From: Azolla caroliniana | Taxonomy: Eukaryota; Plantae; Polypodiophyta | Length of the DNA: 64,000 bases | NCBI GenBank assembly: GCA_043228905.1 | Contig: JBHGNT010000006.1 | Span: 3,906,001 to 3,970,000, forward strand | Direction: 5' to 3' | Shown here: positions 1 through 11,985 of the stretch, one piece after another | Layout of the letters: each line of letters starts with the position of its first letter | Numbering within the stretch: the first letter of the stretch is position 1 | Made by a program: the position numbers and the translations under genes | Notes under the pieces: model-generated | What the model was told of the DNA's origin: nothing | Database searches by the model: none | Seen by the model: the letters and a program-made list of their open reading frames with translations, nothing else

Positions 1-56
1 AATCCAGTTCTTTTCTCATATTCATATACTCCTGTTTCTCAGCTCCACATTCTTAC

Positions 57-3000
57 CTCATCATACTTCAATAATGTATGGAAGTCCTTCCGCTGAATAT
101 GCTCAACGACTTCTGCCCAAGTATTAATTCTAATGAAAAAGAGGGAACCTATAAGTAAACATTGCATGAATTTATGAAACGTCCCTCAAAAAAAAGCAAT
201 GGGGTATTTGTCTTACATTGGAGAATCATCCTTGGCTGCTTTGAAATTGAGTCTATAGTTCAAATCGCCCAACCAGAAAACATGGTGAAATTGGTTCAGG
301 ATGTCTATATTTTGATTGTTAAAGCGCACATTCCCAATAATTTCTGCCATAAAAAAGAAAAGAATTTTCCAGAGTACTAGAAAAATGTGTCTCATGTTTA
401 ATCACTTAGATATTAACAGTTTTTTCAACCAGTCATCAAGTTACAACCAGACTGCTTGATAAATATTGCTAAAAGGTTAGGAAATACATTGAACCGATTT
501 CAGACTGTGAGATGAGACATAATTTGCATGCTTTAGAAGGTCTACTATATTGACCTTCAGATCATTCAATGTATAGTGGAAGTTGTGAGATAAGCAAGTG
601 TCAAGATACACCGGCACCCTCATGCACCTCATGCACTTATTTTTCTTCCCTAAGGATCTTTTTCATTTTATCTTTATATACATTTCAAATAACGATCTGC
701 TTACACTACCCTGTTCATATTACTTGTCAATTTTGGAACATTAAAATGCCTATTAACCAATACAATAAATCTTAACAGAAGTTATAATGCTATATGTTAC
801 CTCTGTAGTTCCCATTTCTGGCTTCACATTGTCCATCATGAGCAGCAAGATGGCAATTAACAAAGCACAAACTTGTGTCCCAAAACTGGTATGAAATCAT
901 GGAGAAGCAAACACTGATAAACAATGGATTTAAGATCTTGATCCAAAAACTAAATGTTTTGTCAGTAAATAGGAAATATGGATAAAAAGATTTCAGACCT
1001 TGAAAGCAATACAAATTCCACCTTTGTTTGGAATCAGATGTCCAACCCCTGTTGCTTCAGTTCCATCGACAACTTCAGAAATTGCTTTCTGCAGTTTTTG
1101 AACAGAGGAACAATCAAGAACCACATATGTGCTGCATACTTTCTGGAGATATTATTTGTATATAAACTTGAATGCATTTTATTATTTTTGAAGTAATAAC
1201 TCATCGATTTTGTGAGAAATAAAACATTTAATGTGAATATCTTTTACCTCTTTGAATGATTTTATGTTCCTTGAGTTCTTAGTTTAATTTTTTCAAAATT
1301 TATTAAACATCGTAATTCTTTTACGTCTAACTTCTCATCTTCCTCAGCCCTCAGTGTTTCATTTTGAGATGTATATATTTCTCAGAAAACATGACAGTGG
1401 ATCAATTTGCAATAAACGTTTACTAGAATCACATCTTGATACAGTTCCCATATGTTGATCATGAGCAAATTTGTTGGATATTCTAGCCTAACTTTTCATT
1501 TACAAGCTAATCATTTAAACATTGCATAGTAAATTTTCTGAAGCTATTTGGTTTGACATAAGAACATTGTGCCAGGTACCCATTTGGTTTGCTATCAATT
1601 ATTCATACATGCACTGTGTGGGATTGGACGAGATTATGCTTTAGATTGTAAAATAATGATAACATCTAGAATTGTGAATATAATAATCTAATCATGAAAC
1701 ACTCCATGTCACCATGGCTTTTGTAATCCCATTTTTATCCATTCTTCAATCTTATTTTCATTTATATGTATTCAGACAAACAATATTCTATTCAACTTGT
1801 GCTTTCTTCGTTTCACTTTCACTATCATTCAGAAGCATATTCACAATTGTTCAAAATGATGAACGAATCCAATATTTGTGTTTCAGATGGAGGAAAATTC
1901 TTGCCTCAAAGTCAATGTGTACAAACACAACCAACCGCATTTGGCCCCTGGAGATTCCATGAATAACTTTGTAATGAGATCCAAGAACCGATCTACACAA
2001 AAGAAGGGCCAAATCAATAATTACTTCATTGAAACAAATTAAAATTACTAGACAAATCACAGCACCATGTGATTAAGTGCTATAAAATAAAATTTGAAGC
2101 CTTTATTTCATACTTTAGGGTGGCCATCCAGTCCCTCGAGGAGTCTGCATATGGTGCACGAGCTTGATAATCGCATTCCTTAAGTTAGGACAACGAAAGA
2201 AACACGATTAGGCTTTAGATGGAACCTAATCTAATCATGTTCCAAACCACAGAATTGAAAAGGTCTGAGCTTATGCCTGAGCTCCAATTGCTACAATTTC
2301 ATATGATGGCGAGGTCGGAATCCAGGAAGAAAGGTTATCTCCCTGCACAAGCAAAATTCACATTTAACCATATTCCCATGAAGTTCTATGAGTGGTGGGT
2401 TATACACATTCCTCGTGAGAATCAGATTTTCCTGGGTTCCAACTGATTTCTCTGCCCACTTTCCACAAAGAATGACTCCCTGGTGAACAATTTTTCTCTA
2501 CTAGGGGGATTTATGTTATTTAAGACATTCAAGCATTCAAAAAGGCTCTATTTCATGATAATCAACATATACATATTAGTATAGCTGATAGCATTGAAGA
2601 ACCCCAAGCTGATCAGGGTTCTTTAGGCTACATACATCATAGTAAATGATGCAATTTTTGAGTTCTCCTTATTAAGAAAAAGTGGAATAGTTTAGCCAGA
2701 TAATATACCGGAGGAGAATTGCCAACATTCCAAGTACCAATAAAGGCGTTTATTTTTTGCTCTGGCTGTGCCACCCTGGCTGTGATCTGCATGAGCACCT
2801 GATTGATATGTGTGAAAGTAAGGTGGGTTAGTTTCTTTTCCACGTATCTGTAGGCAGATTAACCAGTAAGAGCTCATAAATCTGCAGATTAATGAAGAAT
2901 TATAACATACCTTCCCCGGATATTGTTTCCTTCCATCACTTGAAAAAAGATCATACCATTGTGCATCAGCTGGTTCACCTGGAATTGTTTATAGAAAATC

Positions 3001-3714
3001 AAACCATGTGAGCTTGACATTGCTATATAGTATTAATCCAAGGTTTATGTATTTGAATGTATAATCCACCTGTGGTCTCACGTAGCAAATTTGTGATTGG
3101 AATGCTTTTGCATTGACCCAGTGATACCAGTCCAAACATGCCTTTTCCATAGACTTCTACGGACAGAGCAGATGTCTGTATAAGAAAAAAGAGCGTGAAT
3201 ATAAGAGAGAATGGGTTAGCTTGTAGCTGAGTTGTTATAAGAGAAATTCACAACCTTTGGGTCTTTCACATCAAATGTGAAGCTCTCATTGACAGACAAG
3301 TCACCATCATCATTTGGCCTTGATTTTATCTGCACATGTGTAAACCAAGGTGGGAACTCTAGATCAGAAGTGCACATTAAATCGACCACATGTTATATTC
3401 ACATTCTTAGGTGTGGGAGGCTCCGCATTTAGGTTATATGCATATTGCATTTTCCAATTCAAAAAATGCCCAATGAAATGATTCAAGATTAAGCCGACAA
3501 ATACTCATCATTTTCATTGATATCATACCTGTGGAGACTTTCTCAACATGCCTTCAAGCTTCGCTTCGAAGATGATGGGATGGGAAGCGGCGCTCAAATG
3601 GTTCCGCGTCACATTCTTGGCAGCTTCAATGGTGACCGTGACACGGCAAATCCGCTCCGTGTTAGTCACCTGGGAGGATGGCAAAGAAGAGGAAGAGGAA
3701 GAGGAGATCAGCAT
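57..3714 (-). CDS. Inositol polyphosphate 5-phosphatase with N-terminal C2 domain (partial; 3' end lies beyond window start)
   Basis: Twelve in-phase exons read by hand: 3714-3529, 3329-3255, 3175-3070, 2978-2911, 2798-2709, 2342-2277, 2178-2114, 1992-1905, 1088-999, 885-801, 343-217, 129-57. 5-phosphatase motifs: FIGTWNVGNSPP, IGAQEC, GVGHLIPNKGG, SLCFVNCHLAAH, VFWLGDLNYR. C2-like N-terminus: VTIEAAKN...NESFTFDV...LSVEVY...LGQC..IP...WYDL...GKV. Confidence 0.92.
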
Positions 3715-5964
3715 CCTTCCTATCACGCTCTAAGAAGTCTTCTTCAGATCTCTGTCTCTGTCTCTGTCTTTCTCTCTCTATATATATATCTATATATATG
3801 TATATCTATATATATGTATACATATGTCTGATGATGATGGAGACTAAATTTACTGAACTATGCTGGACTGATGTGCGTGTGTGTTACATGTGCAGTTAGC
3901 TTACGATTAGGTTTTCCTCCATGCCTAAATAAGGAAATCTGGTATATAAGTATGTGCGGCCATTCCTGCTTTTGGCTCACATCAACATGGCAACCTCAGT
4001 ATTATTGTTGTTGTTGTTGGTGATGATGATATTATTAGTAAAAGGAGAGCTTCCATCAGCAAAGAAAAGAAAAACACACAGCCCACCTTGACAATGACAG
4101 TCTACTAGACTACTAGTCTCCTGCTAGTTAAGTACCTCCTGCTTGACCCACCATTAAATATGAATTGGTGTTTTGGGATCCCCACACTAAATACTTCCCA
4201 GCGAAACTTTGGGTTTTCGTGGCACGCGCACCCGAAATAATGCCGACCACTCGGCCCCTAAACCCACCCTCACACGCATCCATAGAATGAATATATACAT
4301 ATGACCAACATGATGAGTACCTCTCACCACCCTTAACATAACCTTCATCCATTCTCCATGTGAAAGATTCCTTTTTGACTTACTTTTCCAACACTCAAAA
4401 GCACACCCACATGGCTAGCTTCCCCCCCCCCCCCCCCCCCACCACCTTACCTTTTTGTAAGGTCTTTCTTTGTTTTTTTTCTTGTTATTGTTTGCTCCTT
4501 GTTCACACTTGTGACTAGACCCTCTTTTATACCATACACAAATACAACCTTTTGATCTCTTTGTGGTACAGTGGCTAGCCTATCACTTGTCCTCTTGTCA
4601 TACATATCATAAAACCTATTGATTGTGTGTGTGCGCGCATGCATGTGTATGTTCGCATGACAAGACACCATTGTTTCTCGCATTATTCCCTTGCCCTTAA
4701 GAGAAACGTTCCTGTCTCTTGGAATCAAATCTAGTGAGGGGAGTCTTTTACCAACTATCGCTACTCATTCGCCTACAAAAGAAACGTTGATTGGCTCTGT
4801 AGAAAGCTCACCCCACCTTATTAAAAGTTTACTGAGAACACAAACACATTTGTGAATCCAATATATGTTATGGTTCAGGTCATAATGTAATCGGTTGCTT
4901 TTGAGATGAGGTGTCTAAGAGAGTGTGAGGACATCGTTGTGAATCGATTGGAATCTAGTTATATGTTGCATGCTCCAATATTCAACAAGCTCAAGGTTGG
5001 TGGTGGTGGTGATGATGATGATGATGATGATAATAAACAACAACAATGAGTTTGTTAACAAGAAACCTCGTGATGTTGCTTACAATAAAGGAGAACATGA
5101 GTATCTCAAACTTCATAAAAATCTTCAAAATCTTAACCCTAAGAAAATTGTTCGCGCAACATTATGGCCCATTCCCCATGATTAAAAACTAATTGTTGAC
5201 GAACGTATTTATAAAAGGAGGAAAACTAGAACCATAAGGGAAGAGAAACATTGTCAACAATCAGAACTAATGTAGGTGGTGAAAACAACAAGGTGATTAC
5301 AACCATGATCATGAAAGACCAATTGAACAATGAGGAATATAAGCAAGGACAAAATCACAAGGCATGAATAACACCAAATTATGTCAGATAGACTCAAAAA
5401 TCTAAAAAAGGAAGTCTACCTAATATAGGAAGAAAGGCAAAACTAATCCTCTCAAGAAGAGAAACAAGCTACCCACTTTCTAACTTAAGCGAACATAAGT
5501 CAATGGTGCTAAAACGGGGTGCATGGGGGTAGGAAGAGGGGAGGTGGGATGAGTCGATGGATGTTAGGGGAGGTGGGATGAATCTCATGTGGGAGATATT
5601 TATATAAACATTCAGCCTCCAAACACAGACTCAAAAACTCATATGCATGAAATTTGTCCATTTGTTCATTCACTCATGTGGGGACGATTTGGCCATGGAT
5701 TGGTTGGTTGCTTACCTGCATGCCTACAAACTAATAAACATAAGCAAGCGCGCACGCGCTCAATTCATTATATGGCCACTGCATGCTCGCCCGTGTGTGT
5801 GCATATTATTATCGATATGTATAAGCAAGCGGGGGCACACACACGAGACAAACAATTTATAATTTGTCTTCCTACTCTCTAAAAGTCATATGATCTTCAT
5901 TACTATATGTATTTACATTACAATGCATCCATACGTACACAACACACAGTCATATATACACAAT

Positions 5965-6142
5965 ACATGTCATACATACATACATACGCGCATGCACACA
6001 CACACATACATACATACATACATACATACATACATACATGCATGCATACATACATACATACACACACATGCATGCATACATACTCTGTTCTTTCTCTATC
6101 TACGCTCCTTTCTCTCTCTCTCTCTCTCTACGCTTCTCTCTC
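5965..6142 (+). repeat. (CATA)n/(CA)n microsatellite followed by a (CT)n tract
   Basis: Simple repeats seen directly; boundaries approximate. Confidence 0.9.
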
Positions 6143-6195
6143 TTTGTGGAAGTGACTAATGACTAACATGGGATCCGTTCGACCCCGCTGCTGCG

Positions 6196-6363
6196 ATGGC
6201 TTGCACGTCACGCAGTGCTTCTTCTCCATCTCCATTCGCTTCATCCACTCGCCCGCCATCAATATCCCTGCAACAACAGCTGCACCATCTGCAGCACTGC
6301 TGCTGCTGCTTCTTGTTCTTGTTCTTCGTATGCTTCTGCTGCATGTTGCTTGCCGTGTCTTAA
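6196..6363 (+). CDS. Candidate 55-aa small ORF with Cys-rich hydrophobic C-terminus (CYSTM-like micropeptide?)
   Basis: gcgATGG start; MACTSRSASSPSPFASSTRPPSISLQQQLHHLQHCCCCFLFLFFVCFCCMLLAVS*. Lies in a GC-richer island just after a (CATA)n/(CT)n tract. An overlapping alternative ORF runs 6159/6168-6449. Confidence 0.3.
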   Translation: MACTSRSASSPSPFASSTRPPSISLQQQLHHLQHCCCCFLFLFFVCFCCMLLAVS

Positions 6364-9300
6364 TTAGCAGGCAGCAGATCTGCGACCTTTCCAAACTACG
6401 GAAACTGAGGCAGATTGCAAGCAACCGAACCAAGGAACGAACGAACTGAGGAAATTTCACTCAGATCGATTAGCAACGACAATATCAGCACTGCAACTCT
6501 GAATGTACTTTTCTGCGACAAGGTAAAACCATGAAAAAGCCATAGATGGAGTTTTAAAGGCCAATCAATTCAGAGAAACTTTACAAAAACAAGAATTCCA
6601 TATTACAAGTGCCGATTCTAGGCCTTTTACCTCCCGTTGTTAATCGAAATGTTTTGACACCGGAAATCTGTTACATCTTAAATCAACTCTCCGGATGGGC
6701 CGCGCCGTGCTTCCGAAGTTAACGACCGGAAAGAATTTGAAAATGAAGCGATTCATTGCAGATCAGGAACACAATTCGACAATTGATCGTGTGTATGGTG
6801 TCTCGATGAATTTAGAGAGGAGTAGGATGGAATAGAAGTTGTGATGGAAGAAATGTCGGAGAGAGCCTCTCAGATGTTGTGTGAATGGTCATGGTCAAGA
6901 GTGAATGATGGTAAGTAATGGTCTAGGATGAAGGAAGGAAGGATAAAGTATTGTTGGAGGGTTTCATATATATACATATACACATTATACATATGCATAT
7001 ATATATATAATATACATATACATATACATACAAAGGCACAAAGCTCATACTTCCACATTTTGGTTAGGGGGGGGTCCACATTCACATTCCCAAAGTGCCT
7101 CCTTCCATCATGCCTTGTTGTCATCATCATCATCATCATCATCATCATATCTTTAGCTATGTGTGGATCTTCCTATGCCATTGGATTTCTCCATTGGATA
7201 ATTGGGATCTTCGCATAATGCCATCCCCTATACTTTGATTGTTGGATTGCATCAATTGTGACCGGTATAAAGTGTGAGTCGGCTTTCTTCCGATAATTTA
7301 ACTCAAATGGTTGTATGTAGGACTGCCTTTCCTCCATATGACTATCACTATGTAATCAAATCTTCACTTGCATACAAATACCAATGATCTGAGATGCACA
7401 TGATGACATTTGGGCACAATATATATTCTTTCCTATAACAAATTGATGAGGGATTAACTTTTTTGTTCCGTTTACAATTATCTCTATGGTGTGTTTTGTG
7501 TTGTCTTCAGTTTCTACATTGTATAATGTTTATGATGAATATCCATTGCTTGTTTAGTTTTAGGAATCAAATGATGAAATTAGGTCTATATGTATATGTA
7601 GTAATGTGTCATCCGACCCGATCAATGTGTTGCTCAACCAATGTATGATTTTCTATTGCCATGATGCTTAGAACCTTTAATCTATTAAAGGTTTAGTCTT
7701 GTTTTTAGTTGTTGTTGAATACAAAATTTGAATACATGTGCATCTAAAGGATAGTTGTTGTATGTAGGGTCTCTTTTTTGAGAAATATCATATTAACCCA
7801 TAATAAAGTTTTCTTGTAGTTGGACATATTAAATGAAATCGTTTTGCATTAGTTAGATTGCAGCTTTACATTGAGTATCACAGTGCTACTTTATGTCATC
7901 AATTCACGTGTATCTTATTGTTGGTTCGTATGCCGCAACATAGTTAAGCTCATGGCCAAGTATCTTCTTTAAGTCGTAGAGTAAAGAGACTTTCTCCTAC
8001 TCGACATTTTAGATTTTCTAGGTAGTTGTAGGGAACTTTTTTCTTGAGTTGATCTTAATAAAACAAAGGGTTTATATTTATATGTTCACGCTAAATTGGA
8101 GACTCTTCATCATCCCTTGATGACTCAAATGTGTATTTTTATAGATAAAGGGGTTTTCTTTCATGGGTCACTTCAGTGTATGCAATAGGACTATAAAGGT
8201 TTGTTGGTATCTGAGATACAAGTTTAAATTATATGTTTTTTAATATGATGGCTTCTAGCCTTATGTAGAAGGGGAATGGGCAATATCCATAGAAATACAA
8301 ACAACAAAATGGCGGACTTTTTGTGATGTATGTATGCCTTTATTTTAGATCTTCCATCATTGAACTTAGAATTTTTATTTTGTGATCATTGATCAATTTA
8401 ATCAAATTGATCATAATATTCTTGATGTATAAGATGCAAGGTATATTTGCAAATTTGAGTTGTAAATTTAGACTTGGTTACTCTAGATTAGGAAAGTACA
8501 CCGTTAACTTTTGTAAACTCATTGATTGACATGATTTGCATGAACACTGAATAGTGGGACTATCCTAGTCATGGAAACACTATATCTCAAGTCTGAAGTC
8601 AAGCCCGACATCTTAGAAGAGTGCAACTTCCCATTTTGTAAGGTAGCCACTTTTTAAGATTAAATTTTATGCATGGGAAGGCCCTAAAACTAGTCTAGGT
8701 TTTCACATTCGCATGTTTCCCTACCTCACCATGGGATAGGCCCCATTTCATAGATCACAATCAATATCTCATGGGTTGTCAATCTATCTTCCTCTTGAAA
8801 TTTCACTTTGATGTTTTGAATATCAATTAACGGCCAAATAGTAGGTTATACATAAGAATCCCTTTTGTACCTTAAAGCTTCCCAACTTGTATCATTAAAC
8901 CCAAGTTAAAATAGACCATTTTTGCATTCAATATTTTACATATGTTATAACCACTAGAGTCTTTTCCTTCCGTTTGCTTTTAATTACATCTCTTATCATT
9001 TTAATTAACAAATTTTATACTCCCAATGGGGAATATCTAACTTTATGCTACAAAAACTATATTGAAAATTTTATCATTTAATCACCAAGGAGTGTGTTTA
9101 TATTTCTTAAAGAACAAATGGTGTACTTATCAAAGGCAATTAGAAAATAATTGCATGTTTATTATTATTCTTTTAACATATTTGAATTAACAAATTATGT
9201 ATGTATGTATGTGTCCATATATATGATTAAAATACATCCTTAGGAGAATACATTGATTCCATAGTTTGAGCACAGTTGTCAAATGGAGTGATGCTTCTTA

Positions 9301-11985
9301 AAAAAACATGTCCATAAATATCCTTGACATAACTTCTCATACCACATCAAATCACGATATAGGATGCATGTATCACAATGAATTATTAGATGTGCACGCT
9401 AATTGCTTGTGTTTTTTTGTACAAACCTATTATGTTTTAGCACATTTTGGCATGTATATGTAACCATATTTTTTGGGGAAGATATTGTAAAATATTTACA
9501 TTAACCGACCAATTGTTTAGGCATATTATTGGCAAAAACATTTACAATTATAGAATTTCTATACTTTTGGAAAATCTCCTAGACACTCACGCATATAGGA
9601 TACCATGCGCCATACAATCGAACAACAATGGCTAGTTGGTGATGCATGTCATCGATACATAATCGCCCTTCCTATCGGAACATTTATATATTTCTTTCGT
9701 AGTGCAAAAAGTTTATTCAATTAATTCATTCATGCCTATAAGACAAAGGTGAATAGATACCAAAATTCCGGACAGATAAACATTGTAAATAACTTGGTCT
9801 CTTGCCTCTACACTAGCCCCCATCACGATTTATCACATTAATGTGAAATGTCCATAAGTGCATCTGCATTTTCTCATACATGATACAACCCAAAAAAAGC
9901 TAGAAACTAAAGAAGTTTTGTTGCTTATGAAAATTAACAACTATTGCAAATGATAACGATGATTTGCATGCACAAGTTGAATGGTTATTGATGCGAGTGT
10001 TTGAATGGACCATGTTTCTTATGGTGGGTAAGAGTACCATAAATATTGCAATAGCGAAATATAGCATTAAATGTTGCATATTCCAATAAATGATCAGGAA
10101 TGTACACTCACAAAGAAGCATATCATTAAATTTACAAAAAGGGAATGAGTTCACCCTTAGATGGAAGTTAGAACCTACTCATTTGGATGAAATATCTTGA
10201 AAGACATTTTCCAAACCTTATTCATATTCTTTGATAGAGGTATTTTTTCCCGAGGAAAAATATCATGGGTGGAATATGTTTTCAAGTGACTTATGTTATA
10301 GTGGTCTCACATAGTGTTGAATGTGTACATAGAGAGGCCCAAGTTTTTTATAAAAGTACTTTATGAATGGAGAACAAGGAGATATAATCTTGTCTCACTT
10401 TTGGATGCTAGTCTTTTTAAATAATAACATTGTTTATTTTGCCCTATGGGCTGATTCAGAAATATGATAGAAGATGCGATGGAGTAGCACGCGAAATTGA
10501 TAGTGACCCCAAGTACTAAAACACAATCCATAGAGGTGATGCATGTTATGGAATCATGTTATGGACTCCTATTAGAAAAGAGCAATTAGGATTGAATATA
10601 AAATCAAGGGAGACAATGTCATTATGTTCAAATTGCACTTGGAAGTTGGCAATTTTTTTTCCAAAACCTGTAAGTTGGCATATTTTGAAGGTCATTGCTT
10701 TGAATATTGTAAATTTGTTCACTTAATGACAAACTTACAAAATTAATTGTTAGTTGATGTCCATAGCACCCATCCTGATAATATAATGTTGCCAGAGCAT
10801 GTAGTAAATAAACAAGCATATAAAAAAAGAGGTAGTGGCTTTAGAACAAAAAGAAACACTTGTTGAAGAAAAGGAGAAACAATGAAGGAAATGAATATTT
10901 TACCCTTAGAGAAAACCCTATGCCCATGCCAGCCCATGCCAAACATTGCCATAGTTGAGAGAGAAAGGTTGACAATGTTAAGGACTAGATGGGGACGATT
11001 TTTCAAGGATTCCTATTAGGTAACCAAACATACCTTCTCAACAAGTCAACTGCAAGGAAAATCAAGGCATGCGGTCTTAGTCTAAACTGCATATTTATTA
11101 AAACTCAAAATTGATAAGAAACTACATATTTATTAGTTGTTCCCGAAGAAAAAAAACTTAGCAAGCCCATCCTAAGGGCACAAATAACCTCCCATTATTT
11201 TGGGGATATACCATATATCCTTCAGTGATGAGAACATGCTCAATGCCAACATAATAAGGTCATGACAATGTGCATTATATTATTTTGAGTGGGCACCATC
11301 AAGTGATCAAGAATTTTGTAATTCATTACAAAATGAATTGCTTGTTTCTTGTCGAGTGTTGCATTGGCATGGAAAAGAGAAGCTAAGATCTCAATTCAAT
11401 TGTTTATTTCAATTGGGGGTTGTAGATTTGGGATATGTGGTCGACAATGAATCTCAAAGGTTGTCGGAATTTGACGATGCCAAACAATGGTTATGTATTC
11501 ATAATTCTCCCAAATTATACATTTATTAGGGGGAAACTACAAAGATATACCATTGTTGCATGGATCTTTGCCAATGAAAATAAATGTTGCACCTTGGGTG
11601 GATTGGTGGTTACAGGATGGTAAATGCTCGTTACAAGTCAATTACAGGTATATTGTATCATCATGCAATGGCATCAATATCTTGGCTATCACCTAAAACG
11701 GAGAAGGCGTGGAATGTATATAAGTCGAATGCAAGGTGGTGACAAATATTGCAACGTGGTTGGCCATTCCCATTTGCCATTTCGGGCAAAAACGTATTTA
11801 GCACCATTCTTTATCTTTATCTTTATCGACCTATCATCTATTTCCTGGTCTTATGCTTACAAAATTACAATAGAAAGAATGTCCAACAATAATGCTGGCA
11901 AAGTGTGAGCATATCCAGGTTTTCTAATGGCTTTTACAGAAAGAATGTTTTTATGTGAAAAAAAAGGACCATATCTGCCCCCGTC

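Noticed and set aside
7200-11900. Probable decayed TE sequence (also 31450-32600, 40230-41600, 48780-49340 and 60000-60840, some LINE-like)
   Set aside because: Only faint motif echoes; I could not support family or boundaries without a database search.
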